Assembly (NCBI GenBank): GCA_050011535.1
Contig: JBEKIX010000008.1
Location: forward strand, 9,099-73,098
Length of the DNA stretch: 64,000 nt
Origin: Acidobacteriota bacterium
GTDB lineage: Bacteria > Acidobacteriota > UBA6911
Reading direction: 5' to 3'
The first letter of the stretch is position 1; each line of letters begins with the position of its first letter. Made by a program: the position numbers and the translations under genes. Below are positions 22,626 to 31,191 of this stretch, in pieces. Below the pieces are notes generated by a model that worked only from the letters and a program-made list of their open reading frames with translations, made no database searches and was not told where the DNA came from.

Positions 22626-23630
22626 TCATGCGCTCAAACCTGCCGTTAGGATGTTATCCAGCAGCCCGATGAGTTCGGCGATCCCCTGGCCTGTAACCGA
22701 AGAAATGGGCTGGAAGGGTATCTTGCGGCGCGCGCACATCATGCGCAGCCGCAAAAGCTGGCGCGGGTCCGCAAGCGCGTCCATCTTGGAGGCAACCACG
22801 ATCTGCTTCCTCTGGGCCAGCTCTTCGTCGAACAACGTCAGCTCGTGCAAAATCGTCTTAAAGTCGGCAACGGGATCACGTTCCGGCTGGCTCACATCCA
22901 CAAGATGCACCAGAACCTTGGTCCGTTCCACATGTTTCAGAAACTCATCTCCCAGACCATGTCCTTCATGGGCGCCTTCAATCAGGCCGGGAATGTCCGC
23001 GACGACAAAGGTGCGGTAGTCTCCCACCGCAACGACGCCGAGATGGGGAACAAGGGTCGTAAAGGGATAATCGGCTATCTTCGGCTTCGCCGAGCTGATG
23101 CGCGAGATGAGCGTGGATTTACCCACGTTGGGAAACCCGACGAGCCCGACATCGGCAATCAGTTTCAGGCTGAGCGACAGCTCCAACACCTCTCCAGGAT
23201 GTCCGGGTTCAGCGCGGCGGGGCGCCTGGTTCGTTGATGTGGCGAAACGCGCATTGCCGCGGCCGCCCATGCCCCCGACGGCAACCCTCACCCGTTGGCC
23301 CGGCACGCCGAAATCATGAAGCAGAATGTGCTCCGGCTCCTTAAACACCTGGGTGCCGGGCGGCACCAGGACAGCGACATCTTCACCTTCCCTTCCATGA
23401 CGCCTCGATCCTTCACCGTGCCGCCCTCGTTCAGCCTTGAAGATGCGTTTGTACTGAAAGTGCAGGAGGGTGTTCACCCGGTCCGTGCATTCCATATACA
23501 CGTCGCCCCCCTTGCCGCCATCTCCGCCGCTCGGTCCTCCACGGGGAACGAACTTCTCGCGCCGGAAGGCGAGGCAGCCGTTACCGCCATTGCCGGCGTG
23601 AACAAAGATTCTGGCACGATCTATAAACAT
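22626..23630 (-). CDS. obgE: GTPase ObgE/CgtA
   Basis: [41 protein letters not shown]. Confidence 0.98.
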   Translation of the reverse strand: MFIDRARIFVHAGNGGNGCLAFRREKFVPRGGPSGGDGGKGGDVYMECTDRVNTLLHFQYKRIFKAERGRHGEGSRRHGREGEDVAVLVPPGTQVFKEPEHILLHDFGVPGQRVRVAVGGMGGRGNARFATSTNQAPRRAEPGHPGEVLELSLSLKLIADVGLVGFPNVGKSTLISRISSAKPKIADYPFTTLVPHLGVVAVGDYRTFVVADIPGLIEGAHEGHGLGDEFLKHVERTKVLVHLVDVSQPERDPVADFKTILHELTLFDEELAQRKQIVVASKMDALADPRQLLRLRMMCARRKIPFQPISSVTGQGIAELIGLLDNILTAGLSA

Positions 23631-23669
23631 CAGAAACCCAGTGTTTTCCTCGAGAAAGGTCCGGCGCCC

Positions 23670-23699
23670 AAAAACAAAAAGGACCCCATTTGGGGTCCT
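23670..23699 (-). terminator. Rho-independent terminator after rplU-rpmA
   Basis: AGGACCCC/GGGGTCCT stem followed by TTTTGTTTTT on the minus strand. Confidence 0.75.
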
Positions 23700-23732
23700 G
23701 CGTGCGCTCGACGTGAAGTGCTTTCCCGGTAA

Positions 23733-23990
23733 TTATGACTCCGCCTCAATGTGGACAAACCGCCCTAATCGTCCCCGATTCTGGAATTTCACCACACCCG
23801 TGATCTCGGCGTAAAGGGTATCATCACGCCCGATGCCGACATTGAGCCCAGGCTTTAACCTGCTTCCCCTCTGCCGGACGATGATCGTCCCCCCGCTGAC
23901 CAATTGGCCCGCGAACCGTTTGACTCCCAGCCGCGGGGATTGGCTGTCACGGCCGTTCCTGGAACTTCCAACACCTTTCTTGTGTGCCAT
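23733..23990 (-). CDS. rpmA: 50S ribosomal protein L27
   Basis: [28 protein letters not shown]; start at ATG 23990. Confidence 0.98.
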   Translation of the reverse strand: MAHKKGVGSSRNGRDSQSPRLGVKRFAGQLVSGGTIIVRQRGSRLKPGLNVGIGRDDTLYAEITGVVKFQNRGRLGRFVHIEAES

Positions 23991-24006
23991 GGCTTTTCCT
24001 TGATTC

Positions 24007-24327
24007 CTATTCGGCAGAGAAACTGATCTTATCGATGCGCACCCGCGAATACGCTTGCCGGTGCCCGCGCGTGCGGCGGTACTGTTTCTTGGCCTTGTAC
24101 TTGAAAACGAGAACTTTATCTCCCAGGCCATTCGCCGCGACCGTGCCGGAAACTAAGGCTCCTTTAAGCAGAGGCCGGCCGATATGGATACTTTCGTCAG
24201 CCTTGACCAGCAACACGTCGCTGAACTCGACGGAAGAGCCCGGTTCAGCATCTAGTTTCTCCAGGCGCACGTCTTCGCCTTCCGCAACACGATACTGCTT
24301 TCCACCGCTCTTGATCACTGCGTACAC
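24007..24327 (-). CDS. rplU: 50S ribosomal protein L21
   Basis: [17 protein letters not shown]; GTG 24327 with AGGAGG RBS. Confidence 0.98.
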   Translation of the reverse strand: MYAVIKSGGKQYRVAEGEDVRLEKLDAEPGSSVEFSDVLLVKADESIHIGRPLLKGALVSGTVAANGLGDKVLVFKYKAKKQYRRTRGHRQAYSRVRIDKISFSAE

Positions 24328-24458
24328 GGGCACAACCTCCTGTGACAAAACTTACATATTACTTCATGATCAACCCCAAAAGCAATACAAACCATGCGTG
24401 TTATCAAGGATTCGAGCCTCGCCGGGACGACGGACAATATGCAACATCGCCAGAGCCT

Positions 24459-25940
24459 TCAAATCGCCCCGCCGGCAGCACCGTGGCCGGATTTTAGCGG
24501 CTTCCCGGATCGAGCCTCCACGATGTTTCTGGGCTCGGGAGAATAGAGAGGAAGCTCGATCTGAAAGGCTGTTCCCCGTTCCGGCTCGCTCGCGACAGTA
24601 ATCTGCCCGTTGTGCGCTTCCACCACCCATTTCACAAGAGCCAGACCGAGACCTACGCCCCCGTTGTTGCGGCTGCGCGCCGGGTCGGCGCGATAGAGGC
24701 GGTCAAATATGTGCGGCAGGTCACGTCCTGAGATTCCGATCCCGTCGTCACGAATGCCGATCCGGATCTTCGCTGCGTCATTCGTGATGGAAACCTGAAT
24801 CTTGCCTCCATCCCTTGAGTATTTGATCGCGTTGTCGAGGAGATTGAGAATTGCCCTGCGCATCCAGAGATCATCCGCTTCCACGACGGCATCCGGCAGA
24901 TCCGGGACCTCTATCTGGATATTGCGTTCCATCGCCAGCAGCTGCATCTGTTCTGTCAGATCGCCGATTAGCGGCTTTAGATTGATCGGCTTTTTCGCAA
25001 GGACCTGGCTGCCCGCTTCTGCTTCCGAGAGCGTCAGAATATCGTTCACGATCCGGGTGAGACGATCGAGTTCCTCGAGGTTCGAAATCAGGACCGAGCG
25101 GATTTCCTCGGATAGCGACTCGGAACGAAGAGCTATCTCATTCTCACCCTGAAGAATTGCCAACGGAGTGCGCAACTCATGCGCCACGTCGGCATTGAAC
25201 CTGCGCATCTGATCGAAGGATTGGCTCAGGCGCGCGACCATGGAGTTAAAGGATTGCACGAATCTTTGGACTTCCGCTTCTTTGCGCGCGCCCACGATCT
25301 GCGTGTTCAGTTTCTCCGACGTGATTTGTTCCGCGGTGTGGGCCAGGTCATCGAATGGCTTGAGAGCATGCGCGGCGAGGAACCAGCCGACGCCGATCGC
25401 GATGATCAGAATCAGCGGCACCGAATACATGTAGATCGACATGTACTCGTGCATCAGGTCGGTCACTTCATTCAGGTCGCGCCCGAGATGCAAAACTATT
25501 ATCTGCCCGTGCCCCGACGGCATAACCCGGTTGATGAAACGGAACTTCCGGCCGTCGGAGGCTTCGGCGTCGCTGAATCCGCTATGCACGTGCAGCACAT
25601 CATCCAGGTCTTTTCCCTTTAACATGCGCCGGATGTAGTAGCCGTAAAACTCCTCGCGCATGACCTTGCCGTCCAGATCCGTGAGGACAAAGAACGGACG
25701 GAGGGTGTCCAGAGCCATGGCGTCCGCGGGAGGCACGTTGGGTTGCCAGTCGAACCCTTCCGGCGTGGCCCGGAAGTTATTCACAAAGGAAGTCGCCTGG
25801 CGTTCCAGCCTGCTTTCGAAATTGCGCTCTGCGCGATAACCGAACGTCTGGTAGCGAATGTATCCGAAAAGCACGAAAAATATCGAAATGAAGAGCCCGT
25901 TCGTCAAGCTGAGCTTGAAACGCAGCGTTCTTACATTCAC
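24459..25940 (-). CDS. Sensor histidine kinase (2 TM, HAMP, HisKA, HATPase; CusS/CzcS-like)
   Basis: ADVAHELRTPL H-box, NLLDNAIKY, DDGIG, GVGLGL. Confidence 0.95.
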   Translation of the reverse strand: MNVRTLRFKLSLTNGLFISIFFVLFGYIRYQTFGYRAERNFESRLERQATSFVNNFRATPEGFDWQPNVPPADAMALDTLRPFFVLTDLDGKVMREEFYGYYIRRMLKGKDLDDVLHVHSGFSDAEASDGRKFRFINRVMPSGHGQIIVLHLGRDLNEVTDLMHEYMSIYMYSVPLILIIAIGVGWFLAAHALKPFDDLAHTAEQITSEKLNTQIVGARKEAEVQRFVQSFNSMVARLSQSFDQMRRFNADVAHELRTPLAILQGENEIALRSESLSEEIRSVLISNLEELDRLTRIVNDILTLSEAEAGSQVLAKKPINLKPLIGDLTEQMQLLAMERNIQIEVPDLPDAVVEADDLWMRRAILNLLDNAIKYSRDGGKIQVSITNDAAKIRIGIRDDGIGISGRDLPHIFDRLYRADPARSRNNGGVGLGLALVKWVVEAHNGQITVASEPERGTAFQIELPLYSPEPRNIVEARSGKPLKSGHGAAGGAI

Positions 25941-26614
25941 GGCAACGAACTCCGCAGTGTGTAGCCTACGCCGCGCACGGTCTGGATAAGCTGCTGATCG
26001 AACCCTCGGTCCACTTTATTGCGCAGGTAGTTGATGTATACGTCAACCACGTTTGTGAAGTTGTCGAAGCTCGAGTCCCAGACATTTTCCACGATCATGT
26101 TTCTGGTCACGATTTCATCTTTGTTGCGCAGCAGGTACTCGAGCAGAGCAAACTCCTTATTGGAGAGCTCGATCGTCTTGCCGGCACGCGTCACCTTGCG
26201 TTTCAACGGATCAAGCACCAGATCCGCGGCCTTCAACTCAGCAGTCCCAAGAGTAATGCCGCGCCGGAGCTGCACCTGAATGCGCGCCAGGAGCTCGGCA
26301 AAGGAGAACGGTTTGACCAGGTAATCGTCGCAGCCCAGATTCAAACCCTGAACGCGGTCCTCGACGGCTGTTTTCGCAGTCACTGCCAGTATCGGCAGAG
26401 TGGGCTTGCGCTTGCGCAAAAGAGGGATCAACTCCCACCCCGTGATCTTCGGAAGCATGAGATCCAGGAGCACAAGATCGTAATCGACCGCACGGAACTT
26501 GTCGAAACCTTCTTCACCGTCCACGGCCACGTCGACCTCAAAACCGGATTGCTCCAAGCCCTTCTTAACAAAGTGCGCAACCTTGCTTTCATCTTCGATG
26601 ACAAGAATCTTCAT
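25937..26614 (-). CDS. OmpR-family response regulator (CusR/CzcR-like)
   Basis: VIEDE, LLDLMLP, DDYLVKPF, NVVDVYINYLRNKVD, TVRGVGY. Confidence 0.96.
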   Translation of the reverse strand: MKILVIEDESKVAHFVKKGLEQSGFEVDVAVDGEEGFDKFRAVDYDLVLLDLMLPKITGWELIPLLRKRKPTLPILAVTAKTAVEDRVQGLNLGCDDYLVKPFSFAELLARIQVQLRRGITLGTAELKAADLVLDPLKRKVTRAGKTIELSNKEFALLEYLLRNKDEIVTRNMIVENVWDSSFDNFTNVVDVYINYLRNKVDRGFDQQLIQTVRGVGYTLRSSLP

Positions 26615-26695
26615 ACTTTGAACCTCTTAGCTGGCGTTTGTTTCTATAAACATACCGAACATTCTATAGATCGGATTTGAAAAATGTAATAGTCA

Positions 26696-29600
26696 TCATC
26701 GGAACCACTTGCGAAACCGGAAGTCGACGCCGTAAGTCCCGAACTCGTCGCGCGTCGCGATGATCGACAAGCTCCTGTTCACGTCGTACTCGAGAACGAC
26801 GATCTGTTCCTTGCTGGTGGTGAGATTGCGTGAGAACGTGACCGCAAGATCCTTGGACAGACGTTCGCTGATCGTCACGCGCGCGGTCGGATCATTCTCC
26901 GCGCCTGCCAGGAATGGATCCACACGGAAGCTCTCGAGTCCAAAGATGCGCTCCACCCTTTTGCCGACCACGCCGGTGATGCCTTCCGAGAGTATGCTGG
27001 CCGCGCTCAGGCCTGTCATCTGCTGCTCGTAGCGGGAACCCTGTGTCCCCGCGGCAACCGTCTGGTCGTTCTTGCCTGTCGTGAGCATGGACAGGATGTC
27101 GACCGTCGAAAGCGGCGGGTCCGACGTAACGTTCAACCGCAGATGATCCATGTCGCCCGTAATGTCAAGGCGTATCAGATAACTTCTAACGTCCGCCTCG
27201 GCCCGGATGTCAAAAACGGGATTGATTCTGTTCCGATCGACAAAGTCGGCGGAACCGCGCAGGATATCAAAGCGGTTGCCCCGGAAGAAGAGGGATCCTT
27301 CGGTCGCCTCCACGCGGCCTGTCAGCGATGGAAACGCGTAGGTGCCCTGCAGCGTGAGGCTCAATCCGGCCTGCACCCTCGCCAGTTCGTTATCGATATA
27401 TAAGCCGTCTGGCGAATGTATGGAAACATTCAAGCGCACACCGGCGAGCAGAGGCTGCGTGGTCTGCGGCCCGGAAGGACTCGAAGGGCGGCCCAGCAAT
27501 TGTTCCAGCACGCTGAAATCGCGCAGGTATTCGGAGCGCAGCACCGTGATGTCTCCGGTGAGCACCTGCGTGTCCGGCCCGCCTCTCAAATTAAGTTCGG
27601 CATCGATGGTGGAGACAAAGTCGGTCGGGATGCGCAGCCGGACCTTGTGCAGGGAAGCCTGCAGATTCATCCCGCGCAGCTCCGAAATCTGATGTTCAAC
27701 AGCACCCGTGATCTGAATCATGCCTGAACCGATCGCGCCTTCGAGGTTCTCGAACCGGATCGAATTGCGCGAGAAAATGATGCTGCCCTTCAGCGCAGAC
27801 AATGGATAGGGCACATCCTGATGCTCGATCCGTGCGCCATCGAGAACTGCCCGGCCAAGCACTTCGGGAGCATGCTGCGACCCGCTGATATTGACATCCA
27901 AAGCAGCGGAGCCCGAAACTCCCACCTTGTCCGCGAGGTGATCCAGAAACTGGAGATTAAGCTTGCCGCTCAGATGCAGATTCATCGGGGCATCGGCATC
28001 AAAGGGAAACACGCCTTTCTTATCGAGAGAGAGACTGGTCCCCTCGCCGATGAGGCGAGCCTCCTCAACAACCAGCTTCTGAGAATCGCCGGTAAATCGA
28101 ATCCTGCCTTCATTGCGCAGCTCATACCCATGGATCTTGAAACGAGCGCCATCCATGTCTCCGCGATATTGCAGCTTGGACATTTCCCCAAACGACCCGT
28201 CAACCGTCAAATTGCCATGAAGCGCCGTACTGAAATCATTGAGCAGCGCCGGGGCGTTGTTAGCGATGATCTTCCTTACGTTCCAGTCACGGAACTCGAC
28301 CGTCAATTGTCCCGGATAATCCGCCTCGGTCTTCAGATGAATCTCTCCACGGAAACCACCAAGATCCGATTGGACATCGAATTGCGCTGTCAGCGTTCGT
28401 TCGCGCAGGTCGATCGTGGCTTTCCCTTGCCCGAGGTCCCAACCGGCATAGCGCAAGCCGTGGACGTCGACATCTCCATGATACTCGGGATTGTCCATGG
28501 TGCCCCGGATTTCGCCCGCGGCCGTAATGCGCCCGTCGATCCCCAGGCTGCTCGCTTTGACCTCAGGAATATCCATCAAAGGCAACTCATTGAGGCGGAC
28601 AGAGAGATTCAGCGCCTGGGTATCCAGGTTGACCCTGCCCTGAGCGTCGATCGATGCCGATGCGCGTGTGATCTGGCCGTTGACGATGCGAAGTTCATTG
28701 CCATCTACCTCCACCGACGCCCGCAAAAGATCAAAGGGCTGGAGCTGAAAACTGCCTTGGTCGATTTGGAATCGGGCATTCCCGTGAAAAGAGCCTCCCG
28801 CATAGGAAACCTTGCCCTGGCCACTCAAAGACCCTGTCACGGGTGTCCTGAGATTGACTCCCAGGTCGCCAAGCGACTCCAGACTGATCCGGCGGATGTT
28901 TCCTTCGAACGAAATGGCGGGTCCGACGTCCCCGTGCGGCAGGTCCAGATCTAAGTCGCCCTCGGCCGACTGGGTTCCTCTATTCGCCTTGAGCGTGTGA
29001 AGTTTCACCAGCGACCCGCTCCACGATGCGGCTGCGGTCATGTTGTCGAGGCTGTAGCCGCGCAACCGTCCGTCCGCAACCGTGATCTGCCCTTCATACG
29101 CCATCGCGTCCGGCTGGTGCCACACAACCTCTCCGGAAAGCTGGAAGCGGCCGGCGAGCTGCTGCCAGGCGTCCGTGCTTCGCATCCAATCTTCGACCGT
29201 CGTCGAGAAACCGCGCACGAGACGGAAGACCTCGGCGGGTCGATGCGTATCGACGCGGACGCGAAAATGGTCCGCGTCCTCGCCTAGGATCTCGATATGC
29301 GAATCGGGAGACACGAGGTCGGACTTTTTTACATACCAGGTATTCGCGCGGTAGGTAAACTCCGTGTTTCCCTGCAGCGCCGTCCTCAATTCAGATCCAG
29401 CACCGGTGTCCGCGATCGCGTGCAGGTTGACCGCGCCTGCCACGGACAGGGGCTCGCCGTTGCGCCAGTCGAGCGCCAGCTCTCCATCCGCGGTATTCTC
29501 GAGCGCCAATGAGCCGAGGTCGAGAATCCCCGAGGTGTCGCGCAACGCAACGTTCTTGGCAGAGATGTTGAGGCGGTGCGGAGGCACATTTTCGCCCCGA

Positions 29601-30601
29601 AGCTGTATGTCCCCATCGATCCGGAAGCTGCCGCCTCCCATGCGCCCGTTCACCTTACGCAGGGAGAGCACATCGGCTTTGATTTCGAACAGCCCCGTGA
29701 CCGCGCGGGCCGCGGTTTGACGATAACCGAGCGCGTCAACCCTGAGCCGTCCCCACAATCGATAGCCGCTATCGTCCAGGCGAAGGTCCCCGTTGATTCC
29801 CGTATCGCCACGGGATTCCTTGAGACCGGGAGCAAGAAGAATCAGTAGACCGTGAGCTAAGGTTCCGTTTAGGGCCACCTGCAACGTCGGCGCATCCCAA
29901 TCGTTGACCCTGCCGTTGCCGCTGAAGTGGCTCTTGTCTTCCCGAAACTCGAAAGAATCGATCTCCAATCCCGAAGCCAGGAGGCGGAACTGTGTGCGCA
30001 GATCATACACGAATCTGCGCCCCAACCAGTCCAGAGGGCTGTTCTTATACTCCAGCTGAACTTCGTAGCTCGCGGGATTGGGGCGGTACCGGATGTCACA
30101 GTTCAAGGCGTCCATCACCATGTTCAATGGGATGTGCCGATAGTTCAGGTCCACCCAGCCGTCCGTGATCGTGACCTTGCGCGCCGCGAAATCGAGCGCC
30201 TGGCGAACGATGGGTTGCAAGCTCCATGGGGAACCGCCTGGTTCCGGCGCTAATGCCAGATGGGGGCGTTGCAGGTTCAACTCATTCAGCTCGATCCTGG
30301 GCCGCCATAGCGCGGCCAGCCTCAGGGAACCGGAAATCTCATCGACTGCGACGTCCAGGCGGCTCCCGGAGTTTTCCTGTGACCGGAGTGTCAGCTTTTT
30401 TACCGAGAATCTGCCGCGAAAGAGGTCCAGTGTGAACTGGCCCATTGCCGTCCGAAGGCCAGTGGCTTGTTCGATGCGCGTGATCACCGCGGCGCCCAAC
30501 CTCGCCTGAAAGCGCTCGGATCGCAGGTAGAAAACGACGCCGGCCACGGCCGCCGCCACAACCAGCACGAGGATCAGCAGCACTTTATTGCGCGCTTTCA
30601 T
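26696..30601 (-). CDS. tamB: TamB/AsmA-like translocation and assembly module protein
   Basis: N-terminal TM anchor; 1301 aa, beta-rich; DUF490-like C-terminus (SDPPLS..DILSMLTTG, ..GVDFRFRKWFR). Confidence 0.85.
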   Translation of the reverse strand: MKARNKVLLILVLVVAAAVAGVVFYLRSERFQARLGAAVITRIEQATGLRTAMGQFTLDLFRGRFSVKKLTLRSQENSGSRLDVAVDEISGSLRLAALWRPRIELNELNLQRPHLALAPEPGGSPWSLQPIVRQALDFAARKVTITDGWVDLNYRHIPLNMVMDALNCDIRYRPNPASYEVQLEYKNSPLDWLGRRFVYDLRTQFRLLASGLEIDSFEFREDKSHFSGNGRVNDWDAPTLQVALNGTLAHGLLILLAPGLKESRGDTGINGDLRLDDSGYRLWGRLRVDALGYRQTAARAVTGLFEIKADVLSLRKVNGRMGGGSFRIDGDIQLRGENVPPHRLNISAKNVALRDTSGILDLGSLALENTADGELALDWRNGEPLSVAGAVNLHAIADTGAGSELRTALQGNTEFTYRANTWYVKKSDLVSPDSHIEILGEDADHFRVRVDTHRPAEVFRLVRGFSTTVEDWMRSTDAWQQLAGRFQLSGEVVWHQPDAMAYEGQITVADGRLRGYSLDNMTAAASWSGSLVKLHTLKANRGTQSAEGDLDLDLPHGDVGPAISFEGNIRRISLESLGDLGVNLRTPVTGSLSGQGKVSYAGGSFHGNARFQIDQGSFQLQPFDLLRASVEVDGNELRIVNGQITRASASIDAQGRVNLDTQALNLSVRLNELPLMDIPEVKASSLGIDGRITAAGEIRGTMDNPEYHGDVDVHGLRYAGWDLGQGKATIDLRERTLTAQFDVQSDLGGFRGEIHLKTEADYPGQLTVEFRDWNVRKIIANNAPALLNDFSTALHGNLTVDGSFGEMSKLQYRGDMDGARFKIHGYELRNEGRIRFTGDSQKLVVEEARLIGEGTSLSLDKKGVFPFDADAPMNLHLSGKLNLQFLDHLADKVGVSGSAALDVNISGSQHAPEVLGRAVLDGARIEHQDVPYPLSALKGSIIFSRNSIRFENLEGAIGSGMIQITGAVEHQISELRGMNLQASLHKVRLRIPTDFVSTIDAELNLRGGPDTQVLTGDITVLRSEYLRDFSVLEQLLGRPSSPSGPQTTQPLLAGVRLNVSIHSPDGLYIDNELARVQAGLSLTLQGTYAFPSLTGRVEATEGSLFFRGNRFDILRGSADFVDRNRINPVFDIRAEADVRSYLIRLDITGDMDHLRLNVTSDPPLSTVDILSMLTTGKNDQTVAAGTQGSRYEQQMTGLSAASILSEGITGVVGKRVERIFGLESFRVDPFLAGAENDPTARVTISERLSKDLAVTFSRNLTTSKEQIVVLEYDVNRSLSIIATRDEFGTYGVDFRFRKWFR

Positions 30602-31182
30602 GGCCTCTTTTTCTCCGCCGAATGCGCACCCGCATCAAATAGCTCGATGTGCGAGTGGCTTCTGATGTTCTGGATCCATTGATCCAGAGCGGCGTTCACT
30701 TTCGCATCCACTTCGTCTTCCTTGACGCCAGTCACGAACGGGCGAAAACGCAAATCCATGAAGCGCGTCACATGAACCCGCAGGCGCAGGTAGGAAACCA
30801 GCTCGTCTTCTTGAAGACCCAGGCGCCGCAACAGCGCAGGGAGCCCGCCGATTTCGGCATAGACAGTCATGAGAGCGCTCCGCTGTTTCTCCACCTCTGA
30901 CTGGATGCTGCTCTGATCCGCTTGCCCGAAGGGAAAACTCTCCATTTCCTGGCGGATGAGTTCGAGATCGATCAAGCGGCTCAGTTCCTGGGCCCTTGTC
31001 GGATTTGTCTCCGACCTGCCCAGCAGGATCAGAGAGTTCAAGGAGCGCGATATGCTGAGGTCACCTTCGGTAATCACCTTTCCGTTCACGGCAGCCAGCA
31101 GGCGGTCTATTTCCTGGGCGGCCAAAGGGCCGCCAAAGCCCCATCGGCAGAGAATCATGATCGCCACGCAAAGTGCTCTCAA
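30598..31182 (-). CDS. SurA N-terminal-domain-like periplasmic chaperone with no PPIase domain
   Basis: Signal peptide; IDRLLAAVNGKVITEGDL; C-terminal LDQWIQNIRSHSHIE helix. Confidence 0.7.
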   Translation of the reverse strand: MRALCVAIMILCRWGFGGPLAAQEIDRLLAAVNGKVITEGDLSISRSLNSLILLGRSETNPTRAQELSRLIDLELIRQEMESFPFGQADQSSIQSEVEKQRSALMTVYAEIGGLPALLRRLGLQEDELVSYLRLRVHVTRFMDLRFRPFVTGVKEDEVDAKVNAALDQWIQNIRSHSHIELFDAGAHSAEKKRP

Positions 31183-31191
31183 AAGCGCACC

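Noticed and set aside
26642-26668. TTCTATA direct repeat upstream of the response regulator as an operator
   Set aside because: 20-bp spacing, and on the coding strand one copy reads TAGAAT, which fits a -10 element equally well.
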